Assembly: GCA_964428895.1 (NCBI GenBank)
Contig: CAYRZU010000002.1
Coordinates: 14,595 to 78,594, forward strand
Length of the DNA: 64,000 bases
Source: an uncultured Planctomycetaceae bacterium
GTDB lineage: Bacteria > Planctomycetota > Phycisphaerae > SM23-33
Reading direction: 5' to 3'
Shown: positions 26,175 to 35,189 of the stretch, piece after piece
Layout: each line of letters starts with the position of its first letter
Numbering within the stretch: position 1 is the stretch's first letter
The notes under the pieces: generated by a model
The model's input: only the letters and a program-made list of their open reading frames with translations
Told to the model about the DNA's origin: nothing
The model's database searches: none
Position numbers and translations under genes: made by a program

Positions 26175-26324
26175 CGTTGTTTCACTCCCGCGGCAATCTG
26201 ACCGGAGAGGCCTCGCCGGGCAAGGAAAAACCGAAACGCCCAGGCCCGAGCGCCCGCTCGGTTGACATCGGGCGGGGCGGCGCAGTAGAAGCTCTTTCGG
26301 TGACGACCACGCGGAAGGGCCCCA

Positions 26325-27242
26325 ATGAAACCGACTTTCACAAATCCGTTCGAATTGCCCGGCAAGTGGTACAAGGGCAACTTCCATTGTCATACCCGGA
26401 CCTCCGACGGCGGCGTGTGGGTCGAAGACGCCGTCCGGATGTACCGCGAGCATGGGTACAACGTGCTGGCTGTCACCGACCACATCAACACCAACGATAT
26501 CAGCGGGCTGTCCGACAAGAAGATGCTGGTGCTCAACGGGGCTGAGTTGCATCCGCCGTTCCATAAGCGCGTGAACCCAATCGTGGAGTACCACATCTGC
26601 GCGATCGGTCTCAAGCACGGCCATCCGTTCACGCGGAAGATGTGGGGGAACGTGCAGGATTGCCTGGACCACATTCACGCGTTCGGCGCGGTAGCCATCA
26701 TCGCCCATCCCAAGGACGTCAGCTTGGACCCCGTTACGGAAATGGTGGGCCTCAAGCACGTGGCCGCCGTGGAAGTCTGGACCAGCCTCTCCGAGATCGA
26801 CATGGACCACGGCGAGGCCGAGGATGACTGGGCCGAGTGCATGGAGCATGGGATGTTCCTGGCGGCCACCGGGTCCGACGACGCCCACTGGGCCCCGCGG
26901 CACGGCTGGTCGGAGGCCTTCGGCGCGTGGACCATGCTCAAGATGCCGTCGCTGACCGAAGCCAACGTCCTGCAGGCCCTGAGGACCGGTGCGTGCTACG
27001 CCTCCGGCGGGCCGACCGTGACGGACTTCCGGGTCGTCGACGGCCAGGCGATCATCAAGTGCTCGCCCGTCACGCGAATCCACTTCAAGTTCGGTCGGCA
27101 CGAACGGAAGAACCGTTGGGCCAAGCTGGATAAGACCATCCGAGGCTTCACGGCGGACGTGTCCGACTGGGAGTGGGTGCGGGCGGTGGTCGTCGACGCC
27201 GACAACCGCAAGGCCTGGACCAATCCGATTCCGATCCGGTAG
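26325..27242 (+). CDS. PHP-domain metal-dependent phosphoesterase-like protein (paralog of 25278-26174, divergently transcribed)
   Basis: MKPTFTNPFELPGKWYKGNFHCHTRTSDGG. About half identical to the minus-strand neighbour by eye. Conserved C-terminal ...KAWTNPI. Confidence 0.7.
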   Translation: MKPTFTNPFELPGKWYKGNFHCHTRTSDGGVWVEDAVRMYREHGYNVLAVTDHINTNDISGLSDKKMLVLNGAELHPPFHKRVNPIVEYHICAIGLKHGHPFTRKMWGNVQDCLDHIHAFGAVAIIAHPKDVSLDPVTEMVGLKHVAAVEVWTSLSEIDMDHGEAEDDWAECMEHGMFLAATGSDDAHWAPRHGWSEAFGAWTMLKMPSLTEANVLQALRTGACYASGGPTVTDFRVVDGQAIIKCSPVTRIHFKFGRHERKNRWAKLDKTIRGFTADVSDWEWVRAVVVDADNRKAWTNPIPIR

Positions 27243-27269
27243 GGCCGCCTGGTTACAGGAAGCTAGACC

Positions 27270-28280
27270 ATGAGTTGTCTCTTCACACCTACCACCATCG
27301 GCCCGGTGACGGTCAAGAACCGCTTTGTCCGCAGCGCCACCGGCGAGTGGATGTCGCGAAAGGACGGCAAGATTCAGGATCGGCTGGTTCCGATGTACGA
27401 GGGTCTGTCGGCCGGCGGGGTCGGGCTGTTCATCACCGGGCATATGTTCGTGCACGAGGACTGGCCCTGCCATCCGCGCCAAACCGGCATCTACAGCGAC
27501 GATCATCTGGCGGGCTTGCGGCGAATGGCGGAGGCGTCCACGTACAACGACACCCGCGCCGTGGCGCAGATCAACTACGTCGGCCGCAAGCCGCACGAGA
27601 TGACGCCGGCTGAAATCGAAGAGGCCCGTGACGCCTTCGTCGCCGCTGCCCAGCGCGCGGTTGACGCCGGTTTCGACGGCGTGCAAATCCACGCCTCGCA
27701 CGGGTATCTGATTAGTTGCTTCCTGACCCCGTCGGAGAACCAGCGGGACGACGCGTACGGCGCCGGCCCCGACGGCCGGCGCAAGCTGCTGCTGGACGTG
27801 GCCGAGCGGGTCAGAGACCAAATCGGGCCCGAAAGCGTCCTCTGCTGCAAGCTGGGCTCCGTCGACGGGCGTGACAACAGCCTGCCGCTTGAAGAGACCG
27901 TCGAGACGGCCAGGCAACTGGAGGCGTTGGGCCTGCACGCGCTGGAGCTATCGACGACACTACGGGGCGACCATCTGCACCCGATCATGGAGGGCGTCGA
28001 CTCGGTCGAAAAGGAAGCCTACCTGATGCGGGAGACCGTAGCCGTCAAGGAGGCGGTCGGCATTCCAGTGATGCAGGTGGGGGGGCTAAGGACGCTGTCC
28101 CGCATGGAGCAGATGGTTTCCGAGGGCACGTGCGACATGGTCAGCCTATGCCGGCCGTTCCTCCGCGAGCCCGACGTCGTCAACAAGTTCCGGGAGGGTG
28201 CGGCCACGCGCTCAGCCTGCATCTCCTGCAACAAGTGCCTCAACCGCCGCGGTAGCAAGTGCATCTTCGACGAGGCGTGA
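27270..28280 (+). CDS. Old Yellow Enzyme family NAD(P)H:flavin oxidoreductase
   Basis: FTPTTIGPVTVKNRFVRSA...GGVGLFITG matches the OYE N-terminus. C-terminal CISCNKC...C Fe-S-like Cys motif, as in the DCR/TMADH subgroup. Confidence 0.75.
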   Translation: MSCLFTPTTIGPVTVKNRFVRSATGEWMSRKDGKIQDRLVPMYEGLSAGGVGLFITGHMFVHEDWPCHPRQTGIYSDDHLAGLRRMAEASTYNDTRAVAQINYVGRKPHEMTPAEIEEARDAFVAAAQRAVDAGFDGVQIHASHGYLISCFLTPSENQRDDAYGAGPDGRRKLLLDVAERVRDQIGPESVLCCKLGSVDGRDNSLPLEETVETARQLEALGLHALELSTTLRGDHLHPIMEGVDSVEKEAYLMRETVAVKEAVGIPVMQVGGLRTLSRMEQMVSEGTCDMVSLCRPFLREPDVVNKFREGAATRSACISCNKCLNRRGSKCIFDEA

Positions 28281-28303
28281 GCCTCTGCCCCGAGCGGCGA
28301 CGC

Positions 28304-29563
28304 CTACCGGCGTTGCCGCCTTCTCAACAACGCTCCCGCACCCAGCGCCAGGAACGCCGCGGAGGCGGGCTCGGGGACCTCGCCGACAAAGGCGTCCCAC
28401 TGACCTGCGTTGGGGCCGGCGAGGTCGCCTTCCGTATAGCCCGTGAAGAAAACGCCGTCCGAACCGTCGGCCGAGACGCCAAACCCCCTGTCGTCATCGC
28501 TGGTTCCCGACTGATACGTCCACACGACATTGCCGTTGGCATCGTACTTGCGCACAAAGACGTCATCGCCGCCGGCGTTGGCCGGTCCCAGGCTGCCCTC
28601 GGTCGTCCCCGACACGTAGACCCCTCCGGCGCCGTCGGCTGCGACGCCGTAGCTCCGTTCGTCGCCGCTGGTGCCGAATTGCCGCGTCCACACCGCATTG
28701 CCGTCGGCATCGTACTTCCGCACGTAGGCGTCCATCCCGCCGGCATTGGGCCTTTCCAGGTCGCCGCCGGTCCAACCGGACACATAGACGTTCCCCATGC
28801 CGTCGGCCGAGACGCCATAGCCCGCGGCCGACCCGTATGACCTGTACCAGACCTCATTGCCGTTGGCATCGTACCTGGCGACCCATGCTTGGCTGATACC
28901 TACGTGGTTGCCGCCTGCGTATCCGGACGCGTAGACGCCCCCTTGCCCGTCCGGGGCGATGCCGCCGTAGCTGGTCTCGCCGACCGGCATCGCCGTCCAA
29001 ACCAGGTTGCCGCCGGCGTCGTACTTGCTAAGGAAAGCCTCGTCGGTGGTCGCATTCCAACCGGACGTATAGACGTTACCCAAGCCGTCGGCCGTGACCC
29101 CGCTACCCCAATAGGACGCCGTCCCCGCTTGCGTGGTCCAGACGTGATTGCCGCCGGCGTCGTACTTGCTCACGAATGCGCCGCCGCTCCCGGTGGCGCC
29201 CGGCAGGGCGCCGCCTGCCTTGCCGGCGAGGTAGACGTTGCCGGAACCATCGGCGTAGACGCCGCCCCCGCCGCCGGTATCGTACCCGGCCGAACCGAAC
29301 TGACGGGTCCATATGAGTTGGCCGCTGGTGCTGTATTTGCTGATGAAGGCGTCCTTGTCTCCGGCGTTGGGCCCGGCCAGGCTGCCTTCAGTCCAGCCGG
29401 TGGTGTAGACGCTGCCCGCCCCGTCGGACGAAACGGCGTAGCTCCAGTCGTTGCTGCTCGTGCCGAATTGCTGCATCCACGCGACACCTTGAGCCCCGGC
29501 CGACCCGGCGCAAACCAGCACCATCACGGTAATTACGAAAACGCTCCAGAGGATACGGCACAT
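28304..29563 (-). CDS. PEP-CTERM-anchored beta-propeller (SBBP-type repeat) protein
   Basis: RBS GGAGAG. Repeated Y(D/A)..GN.VWT.Q.G units. C-terminal VPEPASAAFLALGAGALLRRRQRR. Confidence 0.75.
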   Translation of the reverse strand: MCRILWSVFVITVMVLVCAGSAGAQGVAWMQQFGTSSNDWSYAVSSDGAGSVYTTGWTEGSLAGPNAGDKDAFISKYSTSGQLIWTRQFGSAGYDTGGGGGVYADGSGNVYLAGKAGGALPGATGSGGAFVSKYDAGGNHVWTTQAGTASYWGSGVTADGLGNVYTSGWNATTDEAFLSKYDAGGNLVWTAMPVGETSYGGIAPDGQGGVYASGYAGGNHVGISQAWVARYDANGNEVWYRSYGSAAGYGVSADGMGNVYVSGWTGGDLERPNAGGMDAYVRKYDADGNAVWTRQFGTSGDERSYGVAADGAGGVYVSGTTEGSLGPANAGGDDVFVRKYDANGNVVWTYQSGTSDDDRGFGVSADGSDGVFFTGYTEGDLAGPNAGQWDAFVGEVPEPASAAFLALGAGALLRRRQRR

Positions 29564-29679
29564 GATCTCCCACTCTCCTCTCCGTTGGCCACTCGGCGGC
29601 TCGGGCCGCCTGTCCCTTTTCCACCAACCTGCTCATGTTACCACAGTTGGGGCGTTCTTCAAGCCCGATCCCCCGACGG

Positions 29680-29778
29680 TCAGACCGCCGGCAGCGCGCC
29701 CGGGCGGCGCAACTCGTCTTGGCCCTTGCCGACGTCGACGGCGTTGACCGGCACGCCTTGTTTGACCGCCTCGGCGGC
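29680..29778 (-). pseudogene. Remnant: 3'-terminal ~32 codons of an FAD-dependent oxidoreductase paralog
   Basis: The minus strand encodes AAEAVKQGVPVNAVDVGKGQDELRRPGALPAV*. Compare the C-terminus of 35190-36587 (AAEAVKQAVPVNAVDVGSVQAELRRQDVLLEA*). Nucleotide similarity to 35190-35290. Confidence 0.6.
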
Positions 29779-29976
29779 CAGGCGATCATCAACTGCTCGC
29801 CCGTCGAGCGAATCCACTTCAAGTTCGGCCGACACGAACGGTTGAACCGCTGGGCCAAACTGGATAAGACCATTGGCGGCTTGACCGCGGACGTCTCAGG
29901 CTGGGACGGGCCCGGGCGGTCGAAAGTCGACGCCGCCAACCGCAAGGCCTGGGCCAATCCGATTCCCGTCGCCTGA
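29776..29976 (+). pseudogene. Remnant: 3'-terminal ~66 codons of a PHP-domain paralog
   Basis: GQAIINCSPVERIHFKFGRHERLNRWAKLDKTIGGLTADVSGWDG...NRKAWANPIPVA* versus the C-terminus of 26325-27242 (GQAIIKCSPVTRIHFKFGRHERKNRWAKLDKTIRGFTADVSDWEW...NRKAWTNPIPIR*). About 200 bp of nucleotide-level similarity to 27040-27242. Confidence 0.7.
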
Positions 29977-30002
29977 GGCGACTCAGTTGAAAGGGCCTTC
30001 CA

Positions 30003-31231
30003 ATGAAGTCACTGACGTGCTTGCTCGCCGTGTGCGTCATGGCAGGGAGTATCTCGATGCCCGACCACGAGTCCACCTGGCAGGCCGGGGCGGCTGAGAC
30101 CGTCATCACGGACGTCAAAGACAAGCCCGAGGTCTACATGGAGCTCTACGCCCGCGCCCTGGTATTGGGTAGCGGCCAGCAGCGGCTGGCGATCGTGACG
30201 CTCGACATCGGGACGGTCAGTGACCCCTACGCCGCCGCGTGCCGGAAGGCGATTGAGGAGGCCGCGGGCATCCCGGTGGCCAACATTCTGATCTGTCCGT
30301 CTCAAACCCACAGCGCCCCGGGGGTCGACGGGCGACATATGTCCACGGAGTCCAGTCAGTGGTTGACTGAGGCCCTGGCCGAACTGGTCAAGAGCGCGGC
30401 CGCCGACCTTCAGCCGGCCACGCTGCGGGCCAGCCGGGCGCCGGCGCAGATCGGCTACAACCGTCGCCTGATGGAGAACGGCCGAATCGTCATGAAGCCC
30501 AACCCCGACGGCGCCGTGGTGCCCTGGGTGGATGTGCTGGCCGCTTACGACGCCGACGGCAAGCGAATCGGCGTGTTGTTCTCCCACGCGGCCCATCCGG
30601 TGATCGTCCACTGGTCCAGCGAGGCCATCGGCCCGGACTTCCCCGGCTACGCCGTCATGCACCTGCGGCGGCTGCTGACGGCCAAGGATCAACCCGAGGG
30701 CGTGTTCATGTTTGCCCAGGGCTCGTGCGGCAATATCAACGGCTATCCGTTGCAGGGGGGGGCGCGGCGTGCAGTGCGGCCGGGCTGTCGCTGGCGTTTT
30801 CGGTGACCCAGGCGCTGGCCGACGAGCAGGCCGTCACGCCGGGGCCGATCACATCGCGCTCGCTGACGCTGTCCTTGCCGCGCCGGCCCGACGCCAACGG
30901 CAAGCAGAGCTTCCTGCGGTTCCCGATGCAGGCGGTCGCCATCGGCGGGGACGTGTGCATCCTGACCGTTACCGGCGAGATGTTCGCCGAATACCAATTG
31001 TTCATCGACGAGGCCTCCCCCTTCAAACACACCTTCCTGTTCAACCACGTCAACGGGCTGTCCAGCTACATTGCCACCCAGGCCGACTACGACCTCGGCC
31101 CGGCCGGCGGGTACGAGGCGTATGACGGCCCGACCCGCGGCGGCGGACAGCCCTTGGACCCGTCGGTGGAACAAATCGTCCGCGACGGCATGGTGAAGCT
31201 CCTCACCGAGCTGAAGGTGGCTTCGGAGTAG
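30003..31231 (+). pseudogene. Neutral/alkaline ceramidase N-terminal-domain-like protein, split by a frameshift at a G8 tract (30755-30762)
   Basis: ORF 30003-30806 (...LAIVTLDIG...ICPSQTHSAPG, a ceramidase-like pattern) and ORF 30725-31231 in a different frame overlap at the poly-G run. The joined product would be about 410 aa. Confidence 0.55.
30755..30762. repeat. G8 homopolymer at the frameshift site inside the ceramidase-like gene
   Basis: tgcaGGGGGGGGcgcgg. Confidence 0.85.
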
Positions 31232-31289
31232 TGACACTGCGGCGGCGATGGCATACCATTCGAGACGTCAGGCCTTGGAGGTCCGTTCT

Positions 31290-33758
31290 ATGAGATCCGT
31301 TTGGGCGTTATGGGTTCTCTCGTTCGCCGCGGCTCTGGCGGTGTGTCCTCAGCCCGCGGCGGCGCAAACTGCGACCATGCTGGCCGGTCAGTTCCCTCGC
31401 ATCGAGCCGCCCAAGAAGTTTCCCCCACACCCGCGGTTGTTCCTGAACGCCAAAGAGATCAAGGAACTTCGGGCCTGGATCCTTCGCGACAAGAAGCTCT
31501 ACAGGCATCTCGACGCCTTCATCGGCAGGATGCGCCAGGTCGCGGCCAAGCCCCCACTGCCCGACGGGAACCGCAACCGCAACATCGGCATCGCTCGTCA
31601 GGCCAACGAGTTGGCCCTGGCCTATACGCTGAGCGGAAACATTAAGCTGGCCAAGGCGGCTGCGAGAATCCTCAAAGGCTACGTCCGCATCTTCCCCAGC
31701 TACGAGGTCACCAACACCAAGGGCAAGGCCACCGATTCGACCTTGGCGGAGGTGCAATGGGCCGCCTACGCCTGCGCCGCCTACGACCTGATCTACGATT
31801 CGGGCGTGCTGACCGATGCCGACAAGACCGCCATCGAGCAGCAGGTGTTCAAGCCGTCCGCCGAGGCGATGCTGGCCTGCAACCACGCTCACCGCAGCAA
31901 CTGGCGGATCGCGGGAACCAGCGGCGCCGGGGTGATCGGCTTTTGCATCGGGGATCGGGACCTGATCGACCGGGCCCTCAACGGCGGGCGGGACGGCGCG
32001 GGGCAACTGGCCTACGACGGGTTCGTCAGCCAGATGGGCTGGTCGATGTTGGCCGACGGCATCTACTACGAGCGGGCGCTCGGCTATACCGACATCTGCA
32101 TGCTGTTTTACACCTGGATGCTGGAGGCCGCCCGGCACAGTGACGTTGATCTCTGGCACACCAAGTTCGACGGTCACGAACTCGACCTCGGCTGCGACCA
32201 CGACAAGCAGTTTGACCGCAAGGGGGCCAAGACCTTCCAAAACTACTTCGAGGCCATGTGCTATCGCACCTTCGGCGACGGATCGGTGGCCAAGGTCGGC
32301 AACGACGGCGCGGGCCGCCTGAAGCGGTCTCACTACTGGGCGGCCGCCTGGCGGGCCTACCGCGACCCCAAGTACGCGTGGGCCTTTCGCAATGGGCTGG
32401 GCGGTGCGGCCTTGGGCGAGCCGCTGGAGCTGATGTTCATCTCGCCGGAGATGCCAGCCGGCGAGTTCGACCTGTCCAAAGACACCACGATCGCCCAGAC
32501 CGGCCAGCACCGAAACAACTGCACCCTCCTACCCAACGGTGGATTCGCCATCTTGCGCGACAGCGCCGAAAAAGGGGCCGTTGCGGTGGCCGCCACCTAC
32601 GGTGAGTTCGCCAACGCCCATTCGCATCCGGACCAGTTGAGCATCTCGCTCTACGCGGGCGGCCACGTGATTGCCCCGGACATGAAGGACTACGGGTACG
32701 GCCACGAGGGGCACCTGGGCTGGGCCAAGCAGACCATCGCCCACAATACCGTCACCGTCGACGAGGTCTCACAGCTCCCCCAGGAAGCTCACCGGGATGT
32801 CTGGATCGGCAAGAATGAATTGAGACCCGTATTCGGGCGATTGGCCCTGTTCGAGCCGGGCAAGCGCCTCAAGGCCTTCCGCGCCACCACGGATACGGCC
32901 TACCCCGGCGTGACGCTGGACCGGACGATCGTGCTGGTCGACTCGGTGGTGGTCGACTTCTTCCGTTGCCGATCGGCGACCGAACACCAATACGACTTAG
33001 CCCTGCATGTTGACGGTAAGGCTGCCAAGGCCGACGTCGACTTCAAGCCCCTGGCCGGCGGAAAGCTGTCGGACCGGCTCGGGTATCAGGCGCTGGTCGA
33101 GGTCCACCGGGCCGACCTGCCCGCCGAGCCGACGGCGTTGACGTATCGATCCGGCAAGTCCGGCCCCACCATGCGCGTGACGCTCCTGCCGGACGCCCCG
33201 GCGGAGCTGTTCGCCGCGATGGGCTATCCCAACCAGGACGGCCGCCGCCGCAGCGCGCTGATTACGCGCCGCAAAGGGACCAACGTCGATTTCATCACCG
33301 TGATGAGCTTCGACGGCGCCGGCGACGTGCGGGATGTTCAACCCTTGACTGATCTGCCGCCAGGACTGCTGGGCGTGCGGATCAACCGCAAGGGCGGAAC
33401 CGATCTCATTGTCAGCGCCGAACAGGCCGGGACCTACACCGTTGCCGGCCAGACCTTCACCGGGCAAGTCGGCCTCCTCGTCCCCGGGGCCAACACAGGC
33501 GCCGCGCCCGCCGGGCCCGATGACGCCGCCGAGGGTGATGCCGCGGACGATGACACCCCGGCTGGGACTCCTCCGACGCCCAAGCCGGACGCCCCGTCCG
33601 ACGAGGACCGCGCCGCCAGCTTGCTGCAAATGGCCAAGACGTATCACAACCGCGACATGACGAAGCTGGCCATCACCAAACTCGAGACCTGTATCAAGAA
33701 GTACCCCGATACCGAAGCCGCCAAGGAGGCCCAGGCCTTGCTCGGTCAATGGCAGTAG
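31290..33758 (+). CDS. Heparinase II/III-like polysaccharide lyase (alginate-lyase-like N-terminal domain)
   Basis: ATG 31290 after GGAGG. Signal peptide. NHAHRSNWR (alginate-lyase superfamily motif). NAHSHPDQLSISLYAGG (compare GH.H.D.LSF of the heparinase II/III C-terminal domain). Confidence 0.75.
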   Translation: MRSVWALWVLSFAAALAVCPQPAAAQTATMLAGQFPRIEPPKKFPPHPRLFLNAKEIKELRAWILRDKKLYRHLDAFIGRMRQVAAKPPLPDGNRNRNIGIARQANELALAYTLSGNIKLAKAAARILKGYVRIFPSYEVTNTKGKATDSTLAEVQWAAYACAAYDLIYDSGVLTDADKTAIEQQVFKPSAEAMLACNHAHRSNWRIAGTSGAGVIGFCIGDRDLIDRALNGGRDGAGQLAYDGFVSQMGWSMLADGIYYERALGYTDICMLFYTWMLEAARHSDVDLWHTKFDGHELDLGCDHDKQFDRKGAKTFQNYFEAMCYRTFGDGSVAKVGNDGAGRLKRSHYWAAAWRAYRDPKYAWAFRNGLGGAALGEPLELMFISPEMPAGEFDLSKDTTIAQTGQHRNNCTLLPNGGFAILRDSAEKGAVAVAATYGEFANAHSHPDQLSISLYAGGHVIAPDMKDYGYGHEGHLGWAKQTIAHNTVTVDEVSQLPQEAHRDVWIGKNELRPVFGRLALFEPGKRLKAFRATTDTAYPGVTLDRTIVLVDSVVVDFFRCRSATEHQYDLALHVDGKAAKADVDFKPLAGGKLSDRLGYQALVEVHRADLPAEPTALTYRSGKSGPTMRVTLLPDAPAELFAAMGYPNQDGRRRSALITRRKGTNVDFITVMSFDGAGDVRDVQPLTDLPPGLLGVRINRKGGTDLIVSAEQAGTYTVAGQTFTGQVGLLVPGANTGAAPAGPDDAAEGDAADDDTPAGTPPTPKPDAPSDEDRAASLLQMAKTYHNRDMTKLAITKLETCIKKYPDTEAAKEAQALLGQWQ

Positions 33759-33803
33759 GGCCGCGGCGCGGATCGATCTGTGTGTTTAACAGGGAGTAGC
33801 GAC

Positions 33804-35180
33804 ATGCCGCAGGAATCCATCATTCCCATCCGAGCCGTTCATCTTGATCTGAAGGGCGTTCCCCCCACGCCGTCACGCCTGGCGGAACTGCCGCGGGTCG
33901 TTGCCGGTCTCGGCTTCAACGCGTTGCTGGTGGAATGGGAGGACACGTTCCCCTGGCGCGTCAACGAGGCTCTCAGGAACGAGACCGCCTATACGCTGGA
34001 TGAAGTGGACGCCTTCCACGCCGAGGCCGCCGAACACGGCGTGCAGGTCATTCCGCTCGTTCAGTGTCTGGGCCACATGGAGTTCGCGCTGAAGCACCCC
34101 GAGTACGCGGGCTTGCGCGAAGTGCCCGACAAGATCGACGTGTTGAACCCCCTGGCCGACGGCGCCCGCCAACTCGTCGCGGAGCTGGTCAGGGACGTCA
34201 TCAGCGCCACCCCCGGGCTGACACATTTCCATCTCGGCGGCGATGAGGCCTGGGCCTTTGGTAGCCATCCGGACACCAAGGCCTGGGTCGAGGCCAAAGG
34301 CAAAGGGGATCTGTATCTGCACCACGTTGAGCCGATCCTCGACGAACTCAACGCCGCCGGCATCCGCCCCATGCTGTGGCACGACATGATGACGGACTGG
34401 GACGGGGAGGCGCTGTCCCGCCTGGCCGAAAAGGCCGATCTGGTCCTGTGGTGGTACCAGGGGGATCCCAGGGCCGAGGGCGGCGACCACCTCAACGAGG
34501 CGATCATCCGCCGGTTCGCCGATCACGGCATGCGGATGTGGGGTGGGTCGGCCTACAAGGGCGCCGACGGCCCGAACGTGGACCTGCCCGACTACGCCCA
34601 GCGCGAGCGCAACGCGCTAGCCTGGGCCGACATCGCCCGCACCCACAACCTGCAGGGCGTGATCACCACCGCCTGGAGTCGCTACAGCCATTGCGGCTTC
34701 CAATGCGAACCGATCGACGCAGCCCTGGACAGCCTGGCCAACCACGGCGTCATCTTCAACAGCGGCCAGACTCCCCCCGGCGGCCGAGAGGACTGCCTGG
34801 CGGCGCTGGCGAAACTCGGCGAGCGGGCCCGCTTCGACGAGTGCTATGCGGTGATGAAGGGCTTGGCCGACTTCCGGGCCGAAGCATGGCCGATGGTTCG
34901 CAACATTCTTGAGATCATGCACACCCACGATTCCGACCACACCCGATGGTTCGGAAGCGTAACCTACGCCGAAGGACAGGCCATTCGGTTCAGGGAGAAC
35001 GCCGACGCCCTCACCGCCCGCATGCACGACGTGTTTGACCCGTTGATTCGGCCGGTGTGGATCGACCGCTATCTCGCCGAGCGCCTGGCCCCTCTGCGCA
35101 ACCAGGCGGCGCTAATGGACAGCGAAGCCGCGCGGATGCGAAGGGCCGCCGCCGATCGGCCCAGCGACCTGGCGTGTTGA
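33804..35180 (+). CDS. GH20 family beta-N-acetylhexosaminidase-like protein
   Basis: RBS AGGGAG. VHLDLKG. HLGGDEA (GH20 catalytic D-E motif). Confidence 0.75.
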   Translation: MPQESIIPIRAVHLDLKGVPPTPSRLAELPRVVAGLGFNALLVEWEDTFPWRVNEALRNETAYTLDEVDAFHAEAAEHGVQVIPLVQCLGHMEFALKHPEYAGLREVPDKIDVLNPLADGARQLVAELVRDVISATPGLTHFHLGGDEAWAFGSHPDTKAWVEAKGKGDLYLHHVEPILDELNAAGIRPMLWHDMMTDWDGEALSRLAEKADLVLWWYQGDPRAEGGDHLNEAIIRRFADHGMRMWGGSAYKGADGPNVDLPDYAQRERNALAWADIARTHNLQGVITTAWSRYSHCGFQCEPIDAALDSLANHGVIFNSGQTPPGGREDCLAALAKLGERARFDECYAVMKGLADFRAEAWPMVRNILEIMHTHDSDHTRWFGSVTYAEGQAIRFRENADALTARMHDVFDPLIRPVWIDRYLAERLAPLRNQAALMDSEAARMRRAAADRPSDLAC

Positions 35181-35189
35181 GTCGGCCCG

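Noticed and set aside
26175-27938. Upstream part of the 886-aa minus-strand ORF call
   Set aside because: Only the last 299 codons (25278-26174) form a coherent PHP-domain protein with an RBS. The remainder overlaps the plus-strand PHP paralog and OYE genes and is antisense noise.
31308-33749. Minus-strand ORFs of 400 aa (31308-32510) and 250 aa (32997-33749)
   Set aside because: They are antisense to the heparinase II/III-like gene, which has a signal peptide and family motifs.
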